A stretch of DNA of 64,000 nucleotides from Eledone cirrhosa (GCA_964016885.1 CAXHJY010001576.1:124001-188000), one strand, 5' to 3'. Positions 38,285-53,995 are shown, counted from the first letter of the stretch. Program-made: numbers and translations. Notes: generated by a model from the letters alone, not told the origin.

Positions 38285-39256
38285 ATAGAGTGGGGTGGAT
38301 AAACCCGACGGAGATTTTAGTTCTGAAGTTGGGCTTGCCCTTAAGTGTAACCAGTCATGGCAGGACTTCAAGGATGTTAGAGTCAAATTTCATGTATCTG
38401 TTGGTGAGAGCACTGGATGCAATGGGTTGGTATGTATGTAGAAGTATTGATCTTTTACAAGTTTTTGTTTCGTCCTTAGTGTTCATCCTCCTGAATTTCA
38501 ATTTATTGATTAAAAAGAAAATGGTCGTTCTCGAAATGCTTGAATAGTTTGATGGTGGGTAGTGTACTGTTGGATTTAAATTCAAACGTTTCGGTATCTG
38601 TGATTACTACACCGAGGTGGTCGAGAAGAAATTTCTCCACCACATTTGCTTGAGGAAATAATAAGCTCGCTTGGAAGATTTTGGCATGTCTTTCATGGAT
38701 ACGTTCGTGTGACCTTTGGTCAGTATCATATATTCGTAGTCAGTAAGGGCTCAGCCAAGGAGTTAAATGAAATAGGATTGTTTTTCGTTGATCAAAGGAA
38801 GATCACAGTTAAATAAGGTACTCATTACAAGACTAGTGCTATTCTGGTGAGTTCGAACAACACAATTCCTGCAGAAGACACAGCATCGCATGCCGTTACA
38901 AGTGCTATATAAATTTTCATTTTCACACACACTCACACACACACACACACATACATAATGAACTAAAGAATAGAATAAAGAAAACAACAAGACGGGATAT
39001 TTGTATACAAATGGAGAATCTTAGCTTAATGTTATTGAGAATTAAGAAGTGTTAAATAAACCGATTCGGGCTAAACCCTTCTTCAGAATTATGAGAATGA
39101 ACTGAGAAAAGATACGGGAAAATTAGAAAAATTGTTAGGGTTGATACGTACAGTTAACTTTACATATATAATTATACACTCGGAGATGCATGTTGGAATC
39201 ACCAGGAAACTGTAAGTACTGTACAAATATATATATGTACCCCCCCCCCCCCCCCC

Positions 39257-39288
<32 letters not shown>

Positions 39289-40899
39289 AATATATAGCTG
39301 GTGAAAGATGTTTGTCAAACAAGTCGGTCCTAGATACGTTGCACAATTTTCATTAATTTCCACACAGTGAAATTCATTACGAAACTCAACACATACCACC
39401 TACACACGTAAACACACACACAAATGCACACTCATATTTATATATGGATGCAAACAGGAGAAGTCAATGTGTATAAGTGTAAATTTACAAGGAATGTCCT
39501 TTATCAACTTTCAAGCAATATCGCTTTTAAACAGACTATTGATTTATTTAAAGGAAACAAAGGCATAGACAAATTAACAAGTTATACAATAATACTGCAC
39601 CCTTCCCTCAGCTTATGTCATGTAATTGAGGAATGGTTTCCTGGTGATGTTAGAATATGTCTTAAAGTGTTTACATTGACTGGACTCTTGTTGTAAGACG
39701 AACAGATATAGGCATTCGTACCTTGTAACGTATGTTTCACAATCATGAGGCTCCAGATTAAATCCAACTGCATGGATTCTTGGGTAAGTGGCTTTTGCCA
39801 TAGGCTCGAGTGGTTATTGATCCTACTCATGCTAAATGAAGGCGGATATGAGGAAAAATAATAATAATAATAACCCAAACCTTGTGTGTGAAATTGAGTA
39901 GGGAGTAACTATTTGAAACCCGGACAGATTGACTGTATCTATCATTTAAAATTTCAGCTTTGTTACAAACTGTATTCTGCAGAACCCAACTCGTTAAGGG
40001 TGCTCATGTCTGTGGAATACTCAACCACCTACATTATGATTTAACGAAGATGCTGTTCCGTTGATCGAACCACTGGAACACTCACGTCGAAATCGATGGA
40101 TGTCTACATTCATTAAACCATTCTAAAGTCTGTTATTGATATCACAGCCAACATTGACAAGCTTCATGTCTTTCTTTTATTACCTCCATTTCTATACAAT
40201 ATATAATGCTTGATGCTACCTGAAATCGATCTTGAATTCCATCCCTACCTCTTCCATCATCGAAATGTTATTGGAATTTTTTTTTAATTGAAAATACAAA
40301 AAAAAAAGGAGAAATTAAATGAGGTCCTAATCTAATCAATAATCCATCAATTGTATCGGAAAGAACATTTACTAGTCTACACCTACAGAAATCTTGCTAT
40401 TAACAGATATTTGTGAAGCATTAATTTACATTTAGTGCAACAGTTGTCGTTTTCTTGAGTTCCTTTGTTAACATTGCAGCGTTGACTGTTTTACAGAAGC
40501 AACAGTCTCATCACTTAACACACTCTTAATACTCTAGCTATCTCTTCCCTGATCTTCTCCTTTCAGTAATATTTTGTATTATTGCTCACCAAACAAATCT
40601 ATTTTGATTTAAACAATCATTGCTGCTGAGCCAACCAAATTAAGCTGGTTGTGCACTTACTGATGATATTATTGTATTATTTGTTATTGTTGTTGTAATG
40701 TTATTTTAAGAAAATAAAATAACAGCATCAAATAACAACAGCAACAACAATACCATCAATTACGAAAGTTGAACAAGAATAACGAAACAAAAAATAAAAA
40801 TAATAATAACAATGATATCAAGAATGAATCAAAGAAAATGGCGACTTAAACGTTTAATAACAATGGTAGTGAGACGGTAGTTGTTCAGGAGTGGTGAGA

Positions 40900-41363
<464 letters not shown>

Positions 41364-42124
41364 TAGAACAGCAACTACAGCAAAACGAAACAAAAATAAT
41401 GCATATAAAGAACATATGAAAGAAAGAACACGAAACACGCGACGAAGAACTAAAACGAAGGTAAAGAGGTCTGCCATGTAAATCAGCAGGTTTTCTCAAT
41501 AGCTGCTTCAGGTTTGTTTCACAGTGTACTTCCTGCCACAACCCTTACCACTCTCTCTTATTATCATCAAATTTTCTCTACACCTTATAACAGTTATCGG
41601 TGTGTCTGCGTATGTATGTGTGTTTTATCAGCTGCCAGTTTTGCTGTTATCGTTTTAAACAAGGCTTTTATCGTTTATAATGGCCTCAGTCCCTGCCACA
41701 GCTTCCGCTAAATGCTGTGTTTAAACAGCAAGCAAGTTATAAGGCAGATTTCTCTAAATTCTTCATAGCTAACCCTACTTATAAAATTTGGGGCTCTTAT
41801 TGTCATTATTGTTATAGTTGTTGGTGGTGATGATCATGATCATGGCGAACGAAGAAGTTTGTTCTTGTTTTTGTTGTGGTTTTATTTTGTTATTGCTCTT
41901 ATATTTGTTGGTGTTTGTTTATTACTATTGTTGTTATAGCTGTTGTTATTGATGATGATTATGCTGATGTTGTTGATGTTGATATTTTTTGTTGTTGTTC
42001 CTCGTTCTATATTTAAACTGGCAATTATCCTTCAACAACTTAGAACTAATTTATAACGATCGCCATATCCGTATCAGCACTAACGTATCTACTGACAACA
42101 ACAACAACAACAACAACAAGGAAA

Positions 42125-42320
42125 CGAGCGATGGTTAGCTCGACCTGCTAGAAATAACAGCGAAATCTTCCTGATATTACTCTCTACAATTTTTAAAACA
42201 AAGGAAGGACATATTAAAAGTGGAATAATAAAGAAGCATTAATGGATAGGGAGGAGGGTCATGGCTGGAGTGTTTATTGATCCTATTCATGCTCAATGAA
42301 GGCTGACACCAGGGGAAAAT
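42125..42320. mobile_element. Unclassified interspersed repeat
   Basis: tattgatccta(t/c)tcatgct(c/a)aatgaaggc is shared with ~39815-39845. Confidence 0.6.
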
Positions 42321-42371
42321 ATCAATAGTAATAACAGCGACAAACTAACTTCACATAACATTGACATTATT

Positions 42372-42552
42372 TGGCAGTATCGGTAGAGGGTCGGACGCCA
42401 TGCTTTGGCGCATAGAGTTACGGCCCTTGCCATTCTGAGTTCAAATCCCGCCGAGGTTCACTTTGCCTTTCATCCTTACGTGGGCGATAAAAAGAAATGT
42501 ACCAGTAATGCACTGGGAAATTGCTGGCCTTGTGCCAAACGTAGAAACAATT
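42372..42552 (+). mobile_element. SINE family 1
   Basis: A-box-like tggcagtatcggtag, B-box gagttcaaatccc, consensus body. Confidence 0.92.
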
Positions 42553-42893
42553 ATTATCACCTCTAACATCATCAGCATCATCAATCACTACCACCATCAT
42601 CACCACGGCCATCATATAATCACCAGCTTCCTCCTCCTCCTCCTCCTCCTCCCCCTCCTCCTCCTCCTCCTCCTTATCCTCCTCCTCCTTATCCTCCTCC
42701 TCCTCCTCCTCCTTATCCTCCTCCTCCTCCTCCTCATCATCATCATCGCTTCCTCTTCCACCACTACCACCACCCTTAACACCAACAATACCATCACTAT
42801 CATGATCATTACAATCAGTACTACCAATGTCACCATCACCACCTTCATCATTACTACCAATGTCACCAGTATTATCACCCCCACCCTCACCAC

Positions 42894-42925
<32 letters not shown>

Positions 42926-43294
42926 CGACAGCCACAACCACAATTAAATCCCATCTAATGATGTGGAAGACATTGCAAACAAATTGTTTTCAGAGTTAGA
43001 CATAACAACTGGTTCTTATTTCAATAAACAGTCAGAAATATCTGGGATTTCTAAAGAAACATCAATGGTTTTGCAAGTCATATCTTTCTCAAGGACGTCA
43101 GTAAATTCAAACAGCCATAATGGAAGCCAGATTGTGAACATGGCTGGCTGTATTATAATTATTCGTTATTCTCTTATGTACTTACTCCACGGTGCAACAG
43201 CATAGAACCTATGTATGTCGGAAAAACTAACGCTGCCGACATTACTTCTGTATGCAGTACTATGTAAGCGGTGAGGGCCGACGTTAACCTATCG

Positions 43295-43352
<58 letters not shown>

Positions 43353-43353
43353 T

Positions 43354-43401
<48 letters not shown>

Positions 43402-43530
43402 CGCCGAAGTTATATTTGCCTTTCATCCTTACGGGGTCGATAACATAAAGTACCAGCCACACACTGGTGTCGATTTAATCGACTTTCCTCACCCCAAAAT
43501 TGCTGGCCTTGTGCCTATATAAAAAACCAT
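43402..43530 (+). mobile_element. 5'-truncated SINE family 1 (long variant)
   Basis: Body and tail match, and it includes gtcgatttaatcgac. Confidence 0.88.
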
Positions 43531-43538
43531 TATTATCA

Positions 43539-43800
43539 TTATTCCTGAGAGGGCGGTGGGGGAAGAGTCCTCAAACACTCCTTCCAGCGGGTCCTGTCGG
43601 AAGCAACCGTCTCCAATTGTTCCGGCTGGATCCCCAAGGGAAACCAGCCAAGATCATGGATGTTATCCAACCATCTTGCTCGGGATCTACCTCTGGGTCT
43701 TCTGTTAGTTGGGTTTTCCCGTAAATTCTGTCCAGCGATTCTTTCCCAAGACATTATAACAACCTGCCCGTAATATTGGAACATTGATCTCTCAATTTGG
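43539..43800 (-). mobile_element. RTE-clade (Expander/Rex3-like) LINE 3' end
   Basis: QYYGQVVIM...RRPRGRSRARWLDNIHDLGWFPLGIQPEQLETVASDRTRWKECLRTLPPPPSQE* followed by a (TAA)-like tail. Confidence 0.85.
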
Positions 43801-44371
43801 AGGATTTATTTATTTTTTCCTTTTTCCAATCTTCAAAAAAATTCGATTGGTTAATTTTATACGAATTATTTCCATTCTTTGTTCTTTTTAGAGTTTTAAC
43901 CTTCTTTACAGTTAGTTGTTCTATACTAAATACTTTTATGATCTCAGCCGATAGCTGATTTTCAATGCACTTTATTACATATGCGATACCCTATTGTATG
44001 TTATTTTGTTTACAGAACATTCGTCTAAAGTACTTTCCTCACCCATATTTCTGACTGATAATTTCGAGGTTACGAATGGTATTGAAACAAGTTTAAGTTC
44101 ATTCTGATAAGATTTTCGTTGTATTATGTATCCAACAATGCTCTTCGTAGAGTGATCACGTGGTTATTGTACGTTGAAATCTTCATTCTTAAAAGCATGT
44201 CAACGAGTCCATGGCTGATTTGTTGGGAATATAGTGGTTTGAGTAACTCAGTACACCACCACTTATGTATGCATGTATGTACGTATGTATGTATATATGT
44301 ATATATGTATATATGGATGGATGTTTGTATGTGTATATGTATTTTTGCATATATATATATATATGTATATG

Positions 44372-44788
<417 letters not shown>

Positions 44789-44837
44789 ACATGCACACCC
44801 ACATTCACACATATATGTGTATGTGTCTGTGTGTGTA

Positions 44838-44917
<80 letters not shown>

Positions 44918-46280
44918 TTTGTATATTTCACGGCCAACGCAACGTGAGCAACACATGCCTTGGTGTAAATCTATAAATTCAACACTCATATATCGTCACA
45001 CAAACTTCACTACGTTATGTCAATTATAAAAAAGAAATAAAAAAGAAATACTTCAAAACCCGCTCTGATGAGTCATAAAGACACACTTCTTTTCACATTC
45101 TCCATTTCTGGGTTCATTCTAAAGCTCTAATTAAACCCGAATGCGTTTTACAATGTTCTCCATTGTACAATAAATCTTGAGAAGATATATCCCCCCACCC
45201 TCTCTCTCGACAAGTAGGTTTTTTTTTATTGCCATACGTTCTTCATAATAGATTAGCTATCGTTTATCGCTGACAACATTGATTATTATTAAGTTTGAAC
45301 TGAAAGCTGTCAAGTTATGACACCATGTTAACAGAGACCTGAACCTATTGACCGTTTATGATCTTGTCAGTTAAATATCACGTTACACTTTACTTTTAGT
45401 AATGTAATACTACCAGAGTTTCAGATTTTAATAATAACAGCTACATATGGACATATGCCGGAAGACACCTAACGGTGAAATGTCAGAATAGGCTCAATCT
45501 TTTACCAACCACTGGAGATGAACGAACGATTTAGCTTCAGTAATCTAGCATCTTTTATATTCAGCCAGTTGTGACTAGATAAAACTCGATCTGTCGATTT
45601 AAATATCCTACACAAATATCGAACAAGCAACTTCAGCACCTGTTAGTCCGGTACATTATTTCTTCAGCTATTGTCCTTAGTAAATATGTGATTATAGCTT
45701 ATACATGCGTAAATATCACCAACCTCTTATGGGTTGCCTCTCATTGCGGGGTTTCCTGTGTGTTTTAACGATAGAAACCTCAATCCTATATTGTCAGCAC
45801 AATTCTGGTGACAAGAGGTTGGATTTAAATTCAGAATTCACCGAGCCGGAAGAGATATCACAGGGCATCTTTACGCTAATCCAATTTATCAATCTCACAA
45901 GGATTAAAGGCAAAGTGGGAGTTAAATTCAAAATACAAAGAGCCGGAACAAATGGCGGAAAACATATCCTACGTTTTAACAACTCAAATCATTTTATCCT
46001 TCCTAAATCTAGGTGATATTGACTTAATCAATAATTTATATAGTCCTCAATTGGTCTATTAACTTCTTTTTATTATAATCAATCAAGCTCTATTCTCACC
46101 TGTTTAACTTCATTAATACATTATACAATTCTATTAGATGATCCATTAATTCATTTAATCAATCATTAAACTTCTATTCCTGCCCATTGGTTTAAATCCG
46201 TCCTTTTACACTAGATACATTGATCAAGTTACACATCATGTTATACACGTCACACACACACATATATATATATACACACA

Positions 46281-46331
<51 letters not shown>

Positions 46332-46503
46332 AAATTTTCATCGCCATTTAACGTCCATTTTCCACGCAAGGATGGTTTAGACGAGCTGTCCCGTTGTGAG
46401 TCAGGTCAGGTCAGATGAACATGTTTTGCTCATAGAGAACTGTTTCAGGCTTCGTTTCTGCTGTTAGATGCGAATCACATTTACAGCGAGGACTGGGTGC
46501 CTA

Positions 46504-46626
<123 letters not shown>

Positions 46627-47263
46627 GATAGATAGATAGATAGATAGATAGATATGTAATGCTGCTAATTATCTATCAAATTAATTATATTTTCATTAAC
46701 TGAAGCAAAGTAAATGAACTTCTGTTGGTTTTAACGCTGAGCGTTCGATAAACAACACCATACTCGTTAAAATAACGGCTGAGTAGCTCATATACCGTTG
46801 TACCTACTATCTTAATTCACAAAAAGATTCAGCCTCAGTGAGTGAGTCTAAGAAATGTTGCCCCTTTGAATTACAGGTAAAGTACATCAGATTCTATTGA
46901 CACAGTTTCCCTCATAAGGCTTGGGTCAGCCTGAAACTTTGGTGCAAGACTCTAACCAAGAGTATTTTACCATATGTTTAGGTTGAGCCAAGTCCTTTTG
47001 AGAGGAATTGCACTAACAGAAACCACGCGGAAGCCTGTCAGATGGTTGTACAGCCTTGTTAAACTGCGTCAAGCTGATTCTGTTTTGAAATTATTTTACA
47101 TAAGTTTGTGGGATAGACAATCACTCACATGTTAATTTAACGACTAGACAATTCAGTTGTTCAAATATGGGAAATAATCAACGTCGATATCGACGGGGAT
47201 CAACCAAATTATCCGACCAGATACACAATGCCCAATGCCCTCAATGTGATTGTCTAAAATTTC

Positions 47264-47297
<34 letters not shown>

Positions 47298-47428
47298 CCA
47301 CACCCACATATACATACACATACACATACACACGCACCCCCCCACACACACACACATACACACGCACCCGCACACACACACACACACACGCACACACACA
47401 CTTATACACACACACACATATATATATA

Positions 47429-47459
47429 CAGGGTGTATACATTTTTGGAGGACACCCCG
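47429..47459. mobile_element. Tiny Tc1-like remnant (fused termini)
   Basis: TA-cagggtgt...acaccccg-TA. Confidence 0.5.
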
Positions 47460-47708
47460 TATATATAGGTGTGTTCCTGTGTGTGTGGTATGCGTGTGTT
47501 GTGGTGGTAGTGGGGGGTGGGGGCATGTAATCAAAGGGGGTAAGAGAAAGAAGCTAGAATTAGTTCCATTCTCGCTCCATCGAAAAAAATCAATCTATTG
47601 GGTTGTTAGACTGAAATAAATTAAATATTTTATATTTTATCAGCCGTCAAAACTAGCAATTATCTACGCTATCTCACAAACCTTCACACCACAAACCTCT
47701 TCTCACCG

Positions 47709-48195
47709 TTGGCAGTATCGGTAGAGGGTCGGATGCTATGCATTGCAGCATAGAGTTACGGCCCTTTACGGTCTGGGTTCAAATCCCGCCGAGGTTAACT
47801 TTGTCATTCATCCTTATGGGGTCAATAAGATAAAGTACCAGTAATGCACTGGGTTAATTGCTGGCCTTGTGCCAAAAGTAGAAAAATTATTATGCTTTGC
47901 AGCATAGAGTTATACCCCTTTACGTTCTGAGTTCAAATCCCGCCGAGGTTAACTTTGCATTTCATCCTTACGGGGTCAATAAAATAAGCATAAGTAATGT
48001 ACTGGGATAATTGCTGGCCTTGTGCCAAAAGTAGAAACAATTATTATGCTTTGCAGCATAGAGTTATATCCCTTTACGTTCTGAGTTCAAATACCGCCGA
48101 GGTTAACTTTGCATTTCATCCTTACGGGGTCAATAAAATAAGCATCAGTAATGCACTCGGATAATTGCTGTCCTTGTGCCAAAAGTAGAAATTAT
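47709..48195 (+). mobile_element. SINE family 1 trimer (one full copy and two head-truncated tandem copies)
   Basis: Units 2 and 3 both start atgctttgcagcatagagttata and share the variant tttgcatttcatcc...aataagcat. Confidence 0.92.
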
Positions 48196-48457
48196 TATAA
48201 CAGCGACCTAGCTTTATATTATCACATCTACTACCTATTTACCTAACAACCTAATTATTATTTATTTCATCTAATAACCACTTAAATACGGTAGCTATTA
48301 ATATATATATCCGCACAATATAATGGCAGCTTCGAATTCTTTCTTTAATTCAATTCCTGTCCCCTCCATACAATACATTTTACGCATCAATTTTAATCTT
48401 ATATTTTTTCTTTTTTCCCTAGAAAATTAAAAAAAAGCTATTTTTCATGCATGCGTT

Positions 48458-48496
<39 letters not shown>

Positions 48497-48499
48497 ATT

Positions 48500-48536
<37 letters not shown>

Positions 48537-48592
48537 ATATTAATATATGTATATTATGTTTCAAAAGCAAACCTATTTTTCATACACGCATA

Positions 48593-48634
<42 letters not shown>

Positions 48635-48750
48635 TATAGATATATATGTGTGTATTAAAAATACCTTTGCTTTTGAGAGATAAAAAAAGCCTGCATGAAT
48701 GCATGTACGTATATATGTATATATATATATGCATGCATGTATGTATGAGT

Positions 48751-48808
<58 letters not shown>

Positions 48809-49580
48809 TCTCTCTCTCTCGTTCTCTTTCTCTGTCTCTCTCTCTCTCTTTCTCTGTCTCACTCTCTCACACACATATAGACATGCATCAGTTTAAATTG
48901 ATAGTTTCCAGCAACAGTTAACACAACCGACTGTTGATTGTATTCAAATTCAATGGAAGCAAATTTAAATTTAAAATTATATAAAAAAAGAAAAATAATA
49001 ATAAATAAAATCGAATACAATTTTTTAGGAAAAAAAAAAAAAAAAAAAAAAACCCTTAGAAATGAAGAAATTCAGGAAAATATATAAAAATTAAAAGAAA
49101 TCAACGCTGTATGAAGGAATGAATGAAGAAAAGCATTATTTGAATACAACAAAAACAACAATAATAATAAGTGCGAAAGAAAAGGTCGCCTTTATTTGTC
49201 AGCTGAATTAAGGCAACCTATGACATCAATGATAACATTGAAACATGTCTTCAGTATGACGAAGCTGTAGTGGTGGTGGTGGTGGTGATAATAATGGTGG
49301 GGGTGATAGTAGTTATGGTGGTGAATGGTGCTGGTGAAGCTGTTATCGTGCCAATGAAAAAAAAATGCATTATGAGCCGAAAGAATAGAAACAGGTGCGC
49401 CTGTAAATATGCGATAGTACAGCAGAGGCAGCAGCAATAGCATCAACTGCAGCAGCAGTAACGATATTGTGGGTGGGGTAGGGAACGACTGAATGAGGGG
49501 AAAATGTTTATTTATTTTTCTTTACCTGATTTAAAAAAAAAAAAATTTTAATTACTTCTTTATTTATGCTTCTTGGATTT

Positions 49581-49637
<57 letters not shown>

Positions 49638-49778
49638 CAGACACAGACACAGACACACGCACATATACACACACGCACACATACACACACACATAATACA
49701 CACATACGCAGATATATAATAGATGTATTTAAATATAAATGAGGAAATACATTTTTAAAATGAACGTGTTTTTCTGGA

Positions 49779-49817
<39 letters not shown>

Positions 49818-49856
49818 TTCTCTCTCTCTCTCTACACACACACATATATATATACG

Positions 49857-49904
<48 letters not shown>

Positions 49905-50049
49905 CATATATATATATATACATACATATCTATATCTATATCTATATCTCTATATATATAAGCACCTATTTTTTTTATAGTAATCGACTTTCGTTCCAGT
50001 TATTTTCTGAGTTTCGTATGTGTGCATGTATGCATATGTGTGTGTGTGA

Positions 50050-50130
<81 letters not shown>

Positions 50131-50661
50131 CGTGTGTGTGAGCGTATGCTTGTGAATGTGTGTGGTTCTGTGAATGTGTACTTATAAAAAGGTTTTTGTA
50201 TTTATTAATGCTTCTATTTTTGGTTGTTTGTTTTGAAAATGTTCTGTGAATGCAGTGTAACAGATTGCTTTTTGATAAAACTAAATACTGCGCAAACAAC
50301 AACAATAACCGCCATAACAACAATAACGAGAGTATCAAGGGAAACTAGAACAACAACACTAGCAGAATATTTATAACGGAACAAAACAAGATACTATCTT
50401 TTATTAAAAAATATTTCATATGTAAAATTTATATCAGATTTAAGACTTATGTCAGGTTTAAAACACATTTGTTACGCATTTTCCATCAGAATAGTTGATA
50501 TACGTCAACATCCTTTACATTATAACCATACATGCATAGCTGTGTGGTTAAGGAGTTTGCATTGGAACAACGAGGTCTTAAGAACAATCACACAGAGTGG
50601 CATTGTGAACAAGTATCTTCAGCTGTAGTCTCGGCTCGTCTGATAAATATATTTTAATAGC

Positions 50662-50730
<69 letters not shown>

Positions 50731-50814
50731 CGGCTCAGTTTTCGTACATTGAGCTAATACAATACCGTCAAAATATAACACGGTGCGTTCCTTGCTATAC
50801 GTACGTAAATAAAT

Positions 50815-51000
50815 AATTGTTTCTACTTTTGGCACAAGGCCAGCAATTACCCAGTGCATTACTGGTACTTTATTTTATCGACCCCGTAAGGATGAAAGGC
50901 AAAGTTAACCTCGGCGGGATTTGAACTCAGAACGGCAAGGGCCGTAACTCTATGCGTCAAAGCATGGCGTCCGACCCTCTATCGATACTGCCAATCCACC
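50815..51000 (-). mobile_element. Young SINE family 1 copy with an 18-bp TSD
   Basis: cgtacgtaaataaataat at 50800 and 51000. Confidence 0.94.
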
Positions 51001-51244
51001 GTACGTAAATAAATAATACTGCTCCCTCCGGTAGAACTAATATATATAACCCACACATCCACTGGTGTATGCTTATATAAACTTGACAGTATGCTAACCA
51101 AAGACCTTTGTCACTTAAGAATATACCCATCCCATCTAGGAATACATATGAGAGGTTGCTCATTGCTAGTGTTAACTCTTTTGTTATCTCCCTATCTTTA
51201 CCCTCTATTGTATGCCGATTGTTCGTGTGACTAAGCTTGGTAGA

Positions 51245-51343
51245 GCTTATACTCAGCACTGTGTTTATTAAGCTCTGATGATTCCTACCCAACGGTATGG
51301 ATGAAACATTGTAAGCAAATAAAAATTGTTTGAGTATGTAAGC
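51245..51343 (+). ncRNA. Type I hammerhead ribozyme with extended stem I
   Basis: gct-CTGATGA (51275-81), stem II tcctacc/ggtatgga, GAAA-catt-GTA-agc. The flanks gcttatactcagcactgtgtttatt and aataaaaattgtttgagtatgtaagc are partly complementary. (TA)n follows. Confidence 0.68.
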
Positions 51344-51635
51344 GTTCTTTGGTTTCTTTTACATATATATATATATATCCAGGGAGTGTAACGTGGAGTT
51401 ACTGTAGGTTCACCCGGGTGAGCACTCGATGTTTAGGTTCACGTCAGTATCGAGGTGTAGAGCTAGACAGAGTGTAATATAATATATTCTGTTAGAACCT
51501 ACAGAGGTCCGACAAGCTTTTAATTCCAGAGTCAGGCCAGATCGATACAGATCGAACCTTGAGCTTATCAGTAGTGAAACGCGCGTCACCAACCAATAAG
51601 CGTAATGTAGGAGTAACCATTCGTCCTTGTATTAT

Positions 51636-51792
51636 TGGATTGGCAGTATCGGTAGAGTTACGGCCCTTTATGGTGTGAGTTCAAATCCCGCCGAGGTTAA
51701 CTTTGCCGTTCATCCTTACGGAGTTGATAAAATAAAGTACCAGTAATACATTGAGATAATTGCTGGCCTTGTGTCAAAGTAGAAACAATTAT

Positions 51793-51835
<43 letters not shown>

Positions 51836-52088
51836 CGTTCAGTGGGTTTCTATGCCCTGTTATTATTTAGCGGTGGATTGCCAGTATCGGTAGAGGGTCG
51901 GACGCCATGCTTTGCAGCATAGAGTTACGGCCCTTTATGATCTGAGGGCAAATCCCGCCGAGGTTAACTTTGCCTTTCATCCTTATGGGGTCGATAAAAT
52001 GAAGTACCAGTCATGCACTGGAGTCGATTTAATCGACTTTCCCCTCCCCCCAAATTACTGGCCTTGTGCCTTTATAAGAAACCATTAT
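51636..52088 (+). mobile_element. Two SINE family 1 copies (51636-51792 and long variant 51870-52088)
   Basis: Consensus matches. Confidence 0.9.
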
Positions 52089-52118
52089 TCAGCCAAAAGT
52101 TCCGGTGAAGCCTTCGAT

Positions 52119-52256
<138 letters not shown>

Positions 52257-52407
52257 AACATGGGAGAAAGAAGAAAACTACGTGGTTGCACATGGGTTAC
52301 ATATTATAAAATTACTCCCTCATCAGTGATTTGCCAACCATCATTGGTATTTCATCGCATTAAAAATCATATATATATATATACACACTGTGTGTGTGCG
52401 TATGTGC

Positions 52408-52453
<46 letters not shown>

Positions 52454-53084
52454 GAGAGTGAGAGAGAGTGGGCGGGTTTAGATAGCTTGAATAATACATA
52501 TATATATATATATATATGTGTGTGAGTACTTCGTAATTTAACATAATAATTAAATGCTGTTTTGCTAAGGCTTTACTAATTACACAAACCAAGATACATA
52601 TCATATGGTAGTGGTTAATTGGAAACATAATTCTCAGTAAATGGATATATCACCAGAAATATATTGTGCTGTGGTTGTATCTCCGTCGAACATTGTGGCT
52701 GTGTACTCCACAGTCACACGTACCCTTAACTGCTTGATCAGGGAGATTCAATATAACACAGTTCGGGACAAGGGTGGCCCTTTGAATCAGTTGAAATGGT
52801 TAATAGACCTTATCTCTTTATGGAATCATATGGGGGCTCTTCTAAGACACAGCTTGTTTTGGGCGTTTTAAAATATGACCGGACCCATTCCTCTCCAGGT
52901 CGGAACATAGCCAATTCAATATAGAGAAAGAAAGAGGGAGATGGGGAGAGGAGAGGAAAGCGAGAGATAAAGAAACAATCCCAGTACTAGAAAAGTTGAT
53001 CGCAACGAGATTTGAATACAGATCGCGGTGAGTCGGAATGAATACCAAATCATTTTTAATCTGACGTCACATCGACTCTGTCAA

Positions 53085-53247
53085 ATCACAGCTTAAATCA
53101 CTGGTACAACTCCATTTTGCTAGGTAAGTGGACTGCGGTAATGAGAAATAAAGTGTCTTGCTCAAGAACACAATGCGTCGCCAGGAATCAAACTTGTGGC
53201 TATACGACTGTAATCTGATTACCCTAACCACTAAACTATGTGCCTTT
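53085..53247 (-). mobile_element. SINE family 2 fragment
   Basis: aaataaagtgtcttgctcaagaacacaa...accctaaccacta is the reverse complement of the family 2 head and core. Confidence 0.8.
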
Positions 53248-53347
53248 ACACGCGTATATATTAGCATAAATATGTCAACATCAAAGTGAATTGTACGAAG
53301 TTTGAAGCAATCATACTTTTACACATTTTATAATTGGGTCGTCAGAG

Positions 53348-53995
53348 GGCGGTGCTTTGCAGTATCGGCAGAGCGTCGGACACCATGCTTTGCAGCATAG
53401 GGTTACAACGCTTTACGGTCTGAGTTCAAACCCCACCGAAGTTAACTTTGCCTTTCATCCTTACGGGGTCGATAAAATAAAGTACCAGTAACATACTAGA
53501 AATCATTATTGGGTCGTCAAGTATGAAATTTGTAGAAATTTGTAAAATAAAAAGAAATTTGAACAATAAAAAGAAATTTGAGTGGATTGGCAGTATCGGT
53601 AGAGCATCGAACAATGGGCTTTGCGTCATTGAGTTACGGCCCTTACGTTCAGAGTTCAAACCCCTCTGAAGCTAGGTTTGCCTTTCATCCTTACATGGTC
53701 GATAAAATAAAGTACCAGTAACACACTGGAGTCGATTTAATCGCCTTCCCCGTCTCCTCAAATTGCTGGCCTATAGTAGAAATCATTTATAGTTAATATT
53801 GGTTTCTAATTTAAGCACACGGCCAGCAAATTTGGGCAAAGTTGATTAAATCTGGTGCTTTAGATTATCGACTTCGGAAGGATGATAGGCAAAGTTTATC
53901 TTGGTGGGATTTGAACTCAGAATGTAAGGAGTCGAAAGAAACACTGTAATGCTGTTTTATCTAACGTTCTACCAATTCTGCAAATAGACCATCCA
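53348..53995. mobile_element. Three older SINE family 1 copies (+ 53348-53505, + 53582-53786, - 53800-53995)
   Basis: Diverged consensus matches. Confidence 0.85.

Noticed and set aside
42372-42460. tRNA genes at SINE heads
   Set aside because: A/B-box-like words are present but there is no cloverleaf, and they continue into the SINE body.
45062-45090. gct-CTGATGA-gtc-ataaa-gac hammerhead half
   Set aside because: GAAA and stem III are absent (gac is followed by acac). At most a dead remnant.
49183-49219. aggtcgcctt...aaggcaacct hairpin
   Set aside because: A stem of ~15 bp with mismatches is too short for a pre-miRNA, and there is no other support.
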